Part shown: in pieces, positions 1 through 10,341 of the stretch | Position numbering within the stretch: position 1 is the stretch's first letter | Layout of the letters: every line of letters starts with the position of its first letter | Assembly (NCBI GenBank): GCA_002269645.1 | Contig: NIVC01000778.1 | Span: 62,001-126,000 of the forward strand | Direction of reading: 5' to 3' | Origin: Macrostomum lignano | Lineage: Eukaryota | DNA length: 64,000 nucleotides | Program-made: the position numbers and the translations under genes | Notes under the pieces: generated by a model | The model's input: only the letters and a program-made list of their open reading frames with translations | The model's database searches: none | Told to the model about the DNA's origin: nothing

Positions 1-1083
1 ATCCTCGGCCAGGCCGTACAGAAAATGGTCGCCGTTGAAGGCTCTCGACCGTTTCAATTCCGAGTAGATGGTAAAAAATGGCCAGATTATTACACTATAA
101 TCACTAAGCCAATGGATTTGGCCACTCTGCAGGACAAGGTCAACGCCAAGACTTATCGAAATCGAGACGAATTTCTATCCGACGTACAACTCATTCTGGA
201 CAACTGCATCGCTTATAATAAAGATTCGAGCAGTCTGACTGCAATCGCTAGGAAGATTGTCGAAGCCGGTCGGGAGGCCTTGGCTGTGAATGCTTCAACT
301 CTGGACCAACTGGAGGCTAACATCAGTCGCAGGCAGCAGGTTGAAGAGTTTGGCGGCTTTCTGGAAGACGACGGCGACACGTTAGCTGACAGCGCCAGTG
401 TGGCCAGTCAGCGAGTTGTGGACGAGGTTGTCACATCGACGCAGCAGCCATCGAGTCAGGCGCAACAAAATCAGCAGCAGCAGCAGCAGCAGCAAAGTGA
501 ATCTGCTGCTGGCCTGGCTGAGGACCTGCAGCTGTCCGATTCTGAGGATTCTGACACCGACGACTCGTCTGATGATGGCGGGGGCGCCAAGGAAAAGCAG
601 GGTAAGAAAGGCCACCGCCAGCCTCCCAGAGTGTCAGTTGCTGGGCCAGCCTCCCAGATCCTCAGTTGCTGGGCCAGCCTCCCAGATCCTCAGTTGCTGG
701 GCCAGCCTCCCAGATCCCCAGTTGCTGGGCAAGCCTCCCAAGTCCTCAGTTGCTGGGCCAGCCTCCTAGATCCTCAGTTGCTAGGCCAGCCTCCCAGATC
801 CTCAGTTTCTCCATAACCCTCACAGTAACCCCAGCACTCTCCCCACACGCATCAATCTCCAGGCAGCGACGCAGCGAATGCGCAAGACAACAACGACAAC
901 GACGAAGATTCGAACCCGGTCGCCGCTAAGCGACCCCGCCGCGAGTCGCCGCCGCGCCAGCAACCGACGCTGGCCGCAACGGCAGCAGCCGACGAAGCGT
1001 CGAGCAAGGAGGACGCGGCGGTCCGCTTCTACGTTGGAGCCGGCAGCGGCGGTGACAATTCAGACGGATCTCCGATTTCTTGA
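1..1083 (+). CDS. TAF1: 3' end of TFIID subunit 1 (second bromodomain + acidic tail); exons <1..601 and 863..1083
   Basis: Frame 1 reads PFQFRVDGKKWPDYYTIITKPMDLATL...DVQLILDNCIAYN (bromodomain), followed by the helix TLDQLEANI and DLQLSDSEDSD, as in the TAF1 C-terminus. Donor G|GTAAGA at 601/602 (phase 1) and acceptor CTCCAG|GC at 862/863 rejoin in frame to TGA at 1081-1083. Confidence 0.85.
618..806. repeat. 28-bp minisatellite in the TAF1 intron
   Basis: Unit CTCAGTTGCTGGGCCAGCCTCCCAGATC, ~6.5 copies. Confidence 0.9.
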
Positions 1084-1195
1084 AACAGACTCTGCTTTGC
1101 TAATTAATAACTGTTTTCATTAACTGATTGATACGGTTATTAATGCCGCAATTAATACCCGGTAATTCCATTATTCCAAATTTGTGATTGTTATT

Positions 1196-2526
1196 GAACC
1201 ACCTGTGAGAATCCCCCCTGCAACCCACCTGTGAGAATCACCCCCCCCCCCTGCAACCCACCTGTGAGAATCACCCCCCCTGCAACCCACCTGTGAGAAT
1301 CACCCCCCCTGGAACCCACCTGTGAGAATCACCCCCCTGCAACCCACCTGTAAGAATCACCCCCCCCTGCAACCCACCTGTGAGAATCACCCCCCCTGCA
1401 ACCCACCTGTGAGAATCACCCCCCCTGGAACCCACCTGTGAGAATCACCCCCCTGCAACCCACCTGTGAGAATCACCCCCCCTGCAACCCACCTGTGAGA
1501 ATCACCTCCCCTGCAACCCACCTGTGAGAATCACCCCCCTGCAAACCACCTGTGAGAATAACCCCCCTGCAACCCACCTGTGAGAATCACCCCCCTGCAA
1601 CCTACCTGTGAGAATCACCCCCCCCTGCAACCTACCTGTGAGAATCACCCCCCCCCTCTGCAACCTACCTGTGAGAATCACCCCCCCCCCTCTGCAACCC
1701 ACCTGTGAGAATCACCCCCCCCTCTGCAACCTACCTGTGAGAATCACCCCCCTGCAACCCACCTGTGAGAATCACCCCCCCTGCAACCCACCTGTGAGAA
1801 TCACCCCCTCCCTGCAAACCACCTGTGAGAATCGCCCCCTCCCTGCAAACCACCTGTGAGAATCACCCCCTCCCTGCAACCCACCTGTGAGAATCACCCC
1901 CTCCCTGCAAACCACCTGTGAGAATCGCCCCCTCCCTGCAAACCACCTGTGAGAATCACCCCCCCTGCAACCCACCTGTGAGAATTACCCCCTCCCTGCA
2001 AACCACCTGTGAGAATCGCCCCCTCCCTGCAAACCACCTGTGAGAATCACCCCCTCCCTGCAACCCACCTGTGAGAATCACCCCCTGCAACCCACCTGTG
2101 AGAATTACCCCCTCCCTGCAAACCACCTGTGAGAATCGCCCCCTCCCTGCAAACCACCTGTGAGAATCGCCCCCTCCCTGCAAACCACCTGTGAGAATCA
2201 CCCCCTCCCTGCAACCCACCTGTGAGAATCACCCCCCTGCAACCCACCTGTGAGAATCACCCCCTCCCTGCAAACCACCTGTGAGAATCGCCCCCTCCCT
2301 GCAAACCACCTGTGAGAATCACCCCCCCTGCAACCCACCTGTGAGAATTACCCCCTCCCTGCAAACCACCTGTGAGAATTACCCCCTCCCTGCAACCCAC
2401 CTGTGAGAATCACCCCCTCCCTGCAAACCACCTGTGAGAATCACCCCCTCCCTGCAAACCACCTGTGAGAATCGCCCCCCCCTGCAACCTACCTGTGAGA
2501 ATCACCCCCCCTGCAACCTACCTGTG
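1196..2526. repeat. ~30-bp C-rich minisatellite
   Basis: Unit GCAACCCACCTGTGAGAATCACCCCCCCCT with a variable C-run, ~40+ copies. Confidence 0.95.
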
Positions 2527-3065
2527 AGTTCTCATTATCTATTTCTGTTCGCACTGGCAGCTGTACATGTTCCTATAGATTCTGTATTTCTCGTCTATCA
2601 CGCGCTAATGTAATTTCATTTGACCTCATTATGTTTATTGTTTATATGTATGTGCATGTAAGCCAATTTATCCTGTTTGTAATAAGCCTTTTGCGCGAGG
2701 GACTAAAGGCCTCACAAATATACCGCTCTCTCTGCGTTAATCATCGTGCCGTCGCATTTGCAATTTTTCAATTTCGAAACAAACTTTCATGGTTAGTTTC
2801 TTTTTGCTATAATTTTAGCACCTGTCACTGAGACAGGTGATTTACAAGCTGCGATGAGGAGGTTGGTGCTCTAGCTTTTGCATCATACCGCTGGTTAAAA
2901 ATCCAGTGTTAATCTTTTAATCCTACTGAGGATAAAAGCCCACTAAGCATGATTGAAGGGCAGTCTTGTTGATTCTCAGTTTGTAAATCATTATTTTTCA
3001 TTCCTAAAAATCATAAATTCATATATGATTGGCAGAAGGGCTGCGGGCAAAACGCCTTCGCTGAG

Positions 3066-3884
3066 GCTGTCTTGGTGTCTGTCTTGGTGTCTGTCTTGGT
3101 GTCTGTCTTGGTGTCTGTCTTGGTGTCTGTCTTGGTGTCTGTCTTGGTGTCTGTCTTTGTGTCTGTCTTTGTGTCTGTCTTAGTGTCTGTCTTGGTGTCT
3201 TTCTTGGTGTCTGTGTCTTGGTGTCTGTGTCTTGGTGTCTGTCTTGGTGTCTGTCTTGGTGTCTGTCTTGGTGTTTGTCTTTGTGTCTGTCTTTGTGTCT
3301 GTCTTAGTGTCTGTCTTGGTGTCTTTGTCTTGGTGTCTGTGTCTTGGTGTCTGTGTCTTGGTGTCTGTGTCTTTGTGTCTGCCTTGGTGTCTGTCTTGGT
3401 GTCTGTGTCTTGGTGTCTGTCTTGGTGTCTGTCTTGGTGTCTGTCTTGGTGTCTGTCTTGGTGTTTGTCTTTGTGTCTGTCTTTGTGTCTGTCTTAGTGT
3501 CTGTCTTGGTGTCTGCCTGGGTGTCTTTGTCTTGGTGTCTGTGTCTTGGTGTCTGTGTCTTAGGGTCTGTGTCTTTGTGTCTGCCTTGGTGTCTGTCTTG
3601 GTGTCTGTGTCTTGGTGTCTGTCTTGGTGTCTGCCTTGGTGTCTGCCTTCATGTCTGTGTCTTGGTGTCTGCCTTGGTGTCTGCCTTGGTGTCTGTGTCT
3701 TGGTGTCTGCCTTGGTTTTTGTGTCTTGGTGTCTGCTTTGGTGTCTGTCTTGGTGTCTGTCTTGGTGTCTGTCTTGGTGTCTGCCTTGGTGTCTGTGTCT
3801 TGGTGTCTGCCTTGGTGTCTGCCTTGGTGTCTGCCTTGGTGTCTGCCTTGGTGTCTGCCTTGGTGTCTGCCTTGGTGTCTGCCT
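3066..3884. repeat. 12-bp minisatellite
   Basis: Unit GTCTTGGTGTCT with 14-bp and GCCTTG variants. Confidence 0.95.
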
Positions 3885-3888
3885 GGCC

Positions 3889-3956
3889 CAGTGGCCCTGG
3901 CTATCTAATCGTCAGGCATGCACACTCCCTGTTCCTTGGAGGCTGGCCCTCGTGGC
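3889..3956. repeat. Dispersed element, partial copy A
   Basis: 54/68 nt ungapped identity to the reverse complement of 33429-33496. Confidence 0.75.
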
Positions 3957-4705
3957 ACACGAGCCCTAAATAAATGCACGGAATGGAATCAGGGGTCGTG
4001 ACGCGGTAGCATTTACCGCTGCTCTGCCCCCCCTTTTCCCTTAGACATGCTTCGGAAAACGAGATCTTTTTTTCAACTGCGCTCAAAGCCATGAGCTGGT
4101 TTCCCTTGAGCAGTCTTGACTAATCAATATACTGCAAAAAGTATGCTACAGTCACTGCTTTCCAAGACTTTTTTATCCCCGATTTCCGCCTTCAAAATCC
4201 CAGAATCCTACTAGCCAGATTCCGCTTTTTTCTCCCCTTCTGCCTCTTGTGAATTCCTAATTCTTTGCTTCCTATTTTCGATGCCAAACAAAATTTGATC
4301 TGAGTTGAGCAGCTGTACAAGTAATTAGCGGCGCGAGTTAGGCGATTTTTAAAGGGCCCTGCGAGACGCCTCAAAGATGACGTTGTCAATGGGTAGAGGA
4401 AAAACCCATCCAGGATTTTAGCTGTCGCTCAGTAACCGCCCCATTCAATTTTCTCAAGTATCGCTCGAGAATGAAAACTACTCGAGCTTCAGTACAACAC
4501 CTGGGCCACATGCCCAAGATGCATTTATGCCTTGCATTGATTTGGGTGGGGGGGGGGCTATAGGGCGTGGTTATGCCATAAAGTTCCAAGAAATCCGGAG
4601 CTTTTCCGGAGAAGCTCTAAGAGACAGCTGGGCGCCCATCTTTAATCTGATTTTGTAGACTATTGAAAGGCTGTAGCCTACTGGTTAGAGCGTCGGACTG
4701 TACTG

Positions 4706-4813
4706 TGGTGGGCGCCCCTGTCTCTCTTGGTGGGCGCCCCTGTCTCTCTTGGTGGGCGCCCCTGTCTCTCTTGGTGGGCGCCCCCTGTCTCTCTTGGTGG
4801 GCACCCCTGTCTC
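4706..4813. repeat. 22-bp minisatellite
   Basis: Unit GGTGGGCGCCCCTGTCTCTCTT x~5; an inverted partial copy sits at ~4618-4640. Confidence 0.85.
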
Positions 4814-5282
4814 TTACGTTCGTGGATGTTCCATCCCAGAGGTGGCAAAAGTTGAGTCTCGGTCATTCATTTATGGACAAAGACTGTGGGGGACCCCAGC
4901 CCTCCCGCTCTCCGTCCTCCTCGTGTAAAAATGTTTCTTTTTTATAAGCGGATGGATTCGCTAGACAAATGAAGCTGAAAGGCCAGAGGCAGAGACTAGA
5001 ATTCATAAACAGACTGTTCAGGTGTTGCAAATTATAACCAGGCATTCAGGCCATGCAGGACTGGCAGATTATATTTCAAAGACTTGCTTTGCTTGGACAG
5101 ACAAAAGCAAAACAGGAAGTGAATTCTAACGTAATTAAAAAGCACCTTGTAACGCAAAGTTAACTAAAATTACCTAATTGGACAGTCTAGCCGTAGCATA
5201 TTTTATACCCGCACATGTAGTTTTTTAAGTCTTCGATGACGCATAGACAGCTACAATATTATCCTGTGTCTCATCCACATCA

Positions 5283-6356
5283 TCAGTCAGTCAGTCAGTC
5301 AGTCAGTCAGTCAGTCAGTCAGTCAGTCAGTCAGTCAGTCAGTCAGTCAGTCAGTCAGTCAGTCAGTCAGTCAGTCAGTCAGTCAGTCAGTCAGTCAGTC
5401 AGTCACCCACTCACTCAAGTCAGTCAGTCAGTCAGTCACCCACTCACTCAAGTCAGTCAGTCAGTCAGTCACCCACTCACTCAAGTCAGTCAGTCAGTCA
5501 GTCACCCACTCACTCAAGTCAGTCAGTCAGTCAGTCACCCACTCACTCAAGTCAGTCAGTCAGTCAGTCACCTACTCACTCAAGTCAGTCAGTCAGTCAC
5601 CTACTCACTCAAGTCAGTCAGTCAGTCAGTCAGTCAGTCACCCACTCACTCAAGTCAGTCAGTCAGTCAGTCACCCACTCACTCAAGTCAGTCAGTCAGT
5701 CAGTCACCTACTCACTCAAGTCAATCAGTCAGTCAGTCAGTCAGTCAGTCAGTCAGTCAGTCAGTCAGTCAGTCAGTCAGTCAGTCAGTCAGTCAGTCAG
5801 TCAGTCAGTCAGTCAGTCAGTCAGTCAGTCAGTCAGTCAGTCAGTCAGTCAGTCAGTCAGTCAGTCAGTCAGTCAGTCAGTCAGTCAGTCAGTCAGTCAG
5901 TCAGTCAGTCAGTCACCCACTCACTCAAGTCAGTCAGTCAGTCAGTCACCCACTCACTCAAGTCAGTCAGTCAGTCAGTCACCCACTCACTCAAGTCAGT
6001 CAGTCAGTCAGTCACCCACTCACTCAAGTCAGTCAGTCAGTCAGTCACCTACTCACTCAAGTCAGTCAGTCAGTCACCTACTCACTCAAGTCAGTCAGTC
6101 AGTCAGTCAGTCAGTCAGTCAGTCAGTCAGTCACCCACTCACTCAAGTCAGTCAGTCAGTCAGTCACCCACTCACTCAAGTCAGTCAGTCAGTCAGTCAC
6201 CTACTCACTCAAGTCAATCAGTCAGTCAGTCAGTCAGTCAGTCAGTCAGTCAGTCAGTCAGTCAGTCAGTCAGTCAGTCAGTCAGTCAGTCAGTCAGTCA
6301 GTCAGTCAGTCAGTCAGTCAGTCAGTCAGTCAGTCAGTCAGTCAGTCAGTCAGTCA
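5283..6356. repeat. (CAGT)n microsatellite with periodic CACCCACTCACTCAAGT interruptions
   Basis: Direct reading. Confidence 0.97.
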
Positions 6357-6670
6357 ATATAAAAAATAACAAAGAACACAAGAGCTACCCGTCAGACAGG
6401 TAAAAACTTTATTAGTTAGACTTTAGCAGAGTTGCAATTGCATGGCTATATTAGAAATTATTAAAACAACAAAAAATGGCCAAACTGCAAATTAAAAAGC
6501 ACACAACTGACAATACTTTTCCTATACAATAGAATAGGAAATGCACTAAAATTAAAAATTAATCAGGTACAAGAAACGAACGCATCGTAAATAATAGAAA
6601 GCGCAATTGTCTCGATAAAAAATGAAGCATATTAATATTTGAGCAGCTAATTAGCATATTACTGAACTAA

Positions 6671-7881
6671 TTAGCGCAATCGGCCATCAGGTTCGGTTTG
6701 CACTCCACAGCGAACACTAATGTTGCCGCGAACCGGACAAGAGCCGATTGGCGGAGCTTCAATGCTGACATTGCCCGCGCTGAGCCTGACCAAATCCATG
6801 GTGATTGACACCTCGCCTAGCAAGTTAAATTGCCGCTTTTTCCACTGCTTTTTCTCTTGTTGCTTGTGCAATTTCTGCTGCTGCTGCTCGCCGGAAAGCA
6901 GCGACTTCACGCCCAGGCGGGGAAAGAAACGGCGTCGTTTGTTTGGCACTCTGTAGGAGCAACCGCCTGCGGGTGGGTGTTGGCTGGGCGATGTACATTG
7001 GGACTGGTTGTGGGATGTACATTGGGGTTGGCTGTGGGATGTACATTGGTGCTGGCTGGGAGATGTACATTCGGGTTGACTGGACGATGTACATTGGGAC
7101 TGGCTGTGTGATGTACATTGGGGCTGGCTAGCGATGTACATAGGGGCTGGCTGTGTGATGTACATTGGGGCTGGCTGTGTGATGTACAGTGGGGCTGGCT
7201 GGGAGATTAACATTGGGGCTGGCTGGGAAATGTACTTTGGGGCTGGCTAGCAATGTACACACCAAAGTGTTAATAAATCACTCACCAGCAGCAACAGGTG
7301 CATCACAGACCAGCCGAAGCCAGTAAACCTGAAGTGCGACATCAAAATCGGCCGCCAAGCACGGCACGCTCAAAGCGCAAGGAACCGTCAGAGCTGAGGC
7401 TTCGCTATAGTCAGCCTGACCCAAATCGGCCATCTTGCTGGCATAAATGCAACCAATTGGAGAGCGCAACAAGCATACAAAACAATGCCGTTCGTGTTTT
7501 AACAATAGATTGATATCGATTGGCAATAGAATTTGCGACACCTTTAGCTGATAACTAGTTGGTCTAGTTGTTGCTAGGCACTCTCTGTCAACTGTAGTTT
7601 TGCTCTGGGATTCTTCGGTAGAAATCAATTGCAAAGCATGCTGCCGCCTCTGCTCACATAGTAGAAGCTGGAATAACAGCTGACTAATATCTTCATCACC
7701 TTCGGAGTAGTTTAACAGCCTGCTATGAAGCTGGCTAATGGATTCGAGTTCATCGTTGACAAGATTTTGCAAACGGTTCCACCCGACGCTGAGACATGGA
7801 CAAGCCGGTTCTTCTTTTGCTTCTTCTTCTTTTGCTTCTGCTTCTTTTGCTTCTGCTTCCGCGGGATTTCTCCAGAGAATA
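6671..7881 (-). CDS. Anillin/rhotekin-homology protein (Rho-binding helices + C2-type AH domain), no PH domain; exons ~7881..7286 and 6966..6671; 5' end unresolved
   Basis: LQNLVNDELESISQL..LLLCEQRRQHALQLI resembles the anillin RBD. LKVSQILLPI..CFVCLLRS..DFDVALQVYWL and FNLLGEVSITM..PVRGNISVRC match the anillin-homology strands (SVTLSEIRLPL..DFEINIEVYSL..FALVGSYTL..LEGHIYLK). Donor G|GTGAGT at 7286/7285 and acceptor CCGCAG|GC at 6967/6966 are both phase 1; stop TAA at 6671. Confidence 0.75.
6975..7258. repeat. 24-bp minisatellite filling the intron of the anillin-homology gene
   Basis: Unit GATGTACATTGGGGCTGGCTGTGT. Confidence 0.9.
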
Positions 7882-8071
7882 CTGAGGATGATTTACAACC
7901 ATCCAAGCGACTGCGTACAATAGAGTACAGGCTAGCACCAGAGGTAGTGCCAGTATTACTGTCTGGCACTACAAAAACAGGCACAGCTCGAAATACACCT
8001 TCCCGAAGAAATGGTTGAGAACAGTCTTCAGTATAATCATGATTGTCAATCTGCTTTAGAATTGACTGCAT
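7882..8071 (-). CDS. Possible N-terminal coding segment of the anillin-homology gene, in a different frame
   Basis: The ORF from ATG 8071 (MQSILKQIDNHDYTEDCSQPF...) overlaps the AH frame but is offset by one base, and no GT-AG intron of suitable length was found. Confidence 0.3.
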
Positions 8072-8291
8072 TATTTAGTTGATCGAAATTTCAATTTCCT
8101 AATGCTGAAATATAGTTTCAAAAAACTTATTGAAAATGCTGTTTTGTTTATAAAGAGAATCGAAACTTATTAATACATTACGGACCCTAGGGATTAAAAA
8201 GAGGACCATTAAAGTATAAAATGCATCAAAAGAAAAAAATGGGGCTGAATGTTCTTATAGAGCTTTTCTGTCGGGATTCTTAAATGGGAAA

Positions 8292-8810
8292 TCTCAAGCA
8301 TCTCAATGGAGAATCTCAGGCATCTCAATGCAGAATCTCAGGCATCTTAATAGAGATTCTCAGGCATCTCAATGAAGAATCTCAGGCATCTCAATGCAGA
8401 ATCTCAGGCATCTCAATGGAGAATCTCAGGCATCTCAATGGAGAATCTCAGGCATCTCAATGGAGAATCTCAGGCATCTCAATGGAGAATCTCAGGCATC
8501 TCAATGAAGAATCTCAGGCATCTCAGAGGAGAATCTCAGGCATCTCAATGGAGAATCTCAGGCATCTCAATGGAGAATCTCAGGAATCTCAATGGAGAAT
8601 CTCAGGCATCTCAATGGAGAATCTCAGGAATCTCAATGGAGAATCTCAGGCATCTCAATGGAGAATCTCAGGAATCTCAGAGGAGAATCTCAGGCTTCTC
8701 AAATGAGAATCCCAGGCTTTGCAAAGGAGAATCTCAGGCATCTTTAAGGAGAATCTCAGGCCTTGCAAAGGAGAATCTCAGGCATCTCAAACGAGAATCC
8801 CAGAATATCT
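8292..8810. repeat. 11/22-bp minisatellite
   Basis: Unit GCATCTCAATGGAGAATCTCAG. Confidence 0.92.
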
Positions 8811-9474
8811 ATATCTAGCTCAATTTCTAATAAATTATCGAAAAGCAGCGGTTTGTGTTGGGACTGATGCCTCACTAACAAACTAAATTTCCATTAACTA
8901 TGGCAATAGTTAAATTAATAGTTAAATCCTTAACCCCTCCCTAGAAAAAATATTTGGCAACAGAGGAGGGAAAGGTTAATCCTAGATTTAACAAATACCC
9001 ACCCCCCCCAACCTATAGGTCTTCAGGGAGGGGGCGGTCGGGAGGCGACAGAACTAAGAAAAAAATAGGCAGCATAAAAAGGTTGGGTAATAACAGCCGC
9101 ATTGTAAAATAGAATTATTATTTAATTATTTAGTACTTTTATTTCAATTTTTTAAATATCGATTTCACTTTTACGTAAGACATATTTTATGTAAATACGT
9201 AAAAGCAACTAAGCTGACAAAATAAAACTTTTTAAGATATTGACATCTACAGAAAAAAGTATATAACAGCGAAAGTTAATATTAATTATAATAAGTATTA
9301 CTTAACAGTTATCCATCAATCTGAACAAGACTGCTTCAAAAAGCACACATAAAATATGACACTTTAAGCAAAGACAAAGCAGATCTGTGTGCACAATTAT
9401 TAACATAAAAAGCAGAAAAAGTTTGTTAAAATTTAAAAGCTCAAGGACAAATACCAGATTTAACGGGATAAAAT

Positions 9475-10270
9475 AGACAGACATATTGAGACAGATTAGG
9501 GATAGAGGACAGACATATTGAGACAGATTAGGGATAGAGGACAGACATATTGAGACAGATTAGGGATAGAGGACAGACATATTGAGACAGATTAGGGATA
9601 GAGGACAGACATATTGAGACAGATTAGGGATAGAGGACAGACATATTGAGACAGATTAGGGATAGAGGACAGACATATTGAGACAGATTAGGGATAGAGG
9701 ACAGACATATTGAGACAGATTAGGGATAGAGGACAGACATATTGAGACAGATTAGGGATAGAGGACAGACATATTGAGACAGATTAGGGATAGAGGACAG
9801 ACATATTGAGACAGATTAGGGATAGAGGACAGACATATTGAGACAGATTAGGGATAGAGGACAACCACAACTGAGATAAACAAAGCATCGAGGACTGAGA
9901 CAAACTACATCGAGACACATCATAAGGATAGAGGACAGACACATTCAGACACATCATAAGGATAGAGGACAGACACATTCAGACACATCATAAGGATAGA
10001 GGACAGACACATTCAGACACATCATAAGGATAGAGGACAGACAAATTCAGACACATCATAAGGATAGAGGACAGACACATTCGGACACATCATAAGGATA
10101 GAGGACAGACACATTCGGACACATCATAAGGATAGAGGACAGACAAATTCAGACACATCATAAGGATAGAGGACAGACACATTCGGACACATCATAAGGA
10201 TAGAGGACAGACACATTCAGACACATCATAAGGATAGAGGACAGACACATTCGGACACATCATAAGGATA
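9475..10270. repeat. Two abutting related minisatellites (32 bp, then 34 bp)
   Basis: GACAGACATATTGAGACAGATTAGGGATAGAG (9475-9862) and GACAGACACATTCAGACACATCATAAGGATAGAG (9925-10270). Confidence 0.95.
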
Positions 10271-10341
10271 AGGAAGAGCCACTGGGACACACACAGATAG
10301 ACAGATAGAAAAACACAGTTCCAATGTTTTCAATTGATTGC

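Noticed and set aside
602-929. C-terminal part of ORF 25..816 and overlapping ORFs with SCWASLP/LLGQPPR repeats
   Set aside because: These are read-through into the TAF1 intron minisatellite; the spliced frame resumes at 863.
1500-6370. ORFs with VCLGVCL, SQSVSQ and RITPPCNL repeats
   Set aside because: They are translations of stop-free tandem arrays, with no domain content or splice support.
6720-8018. Plus-strand Cys/Phe-rich ORFs 6720..6956 and 7725..8018
   Set aside because: They are antisense shadows of the Q/K/E-rich anillin-homology exons.
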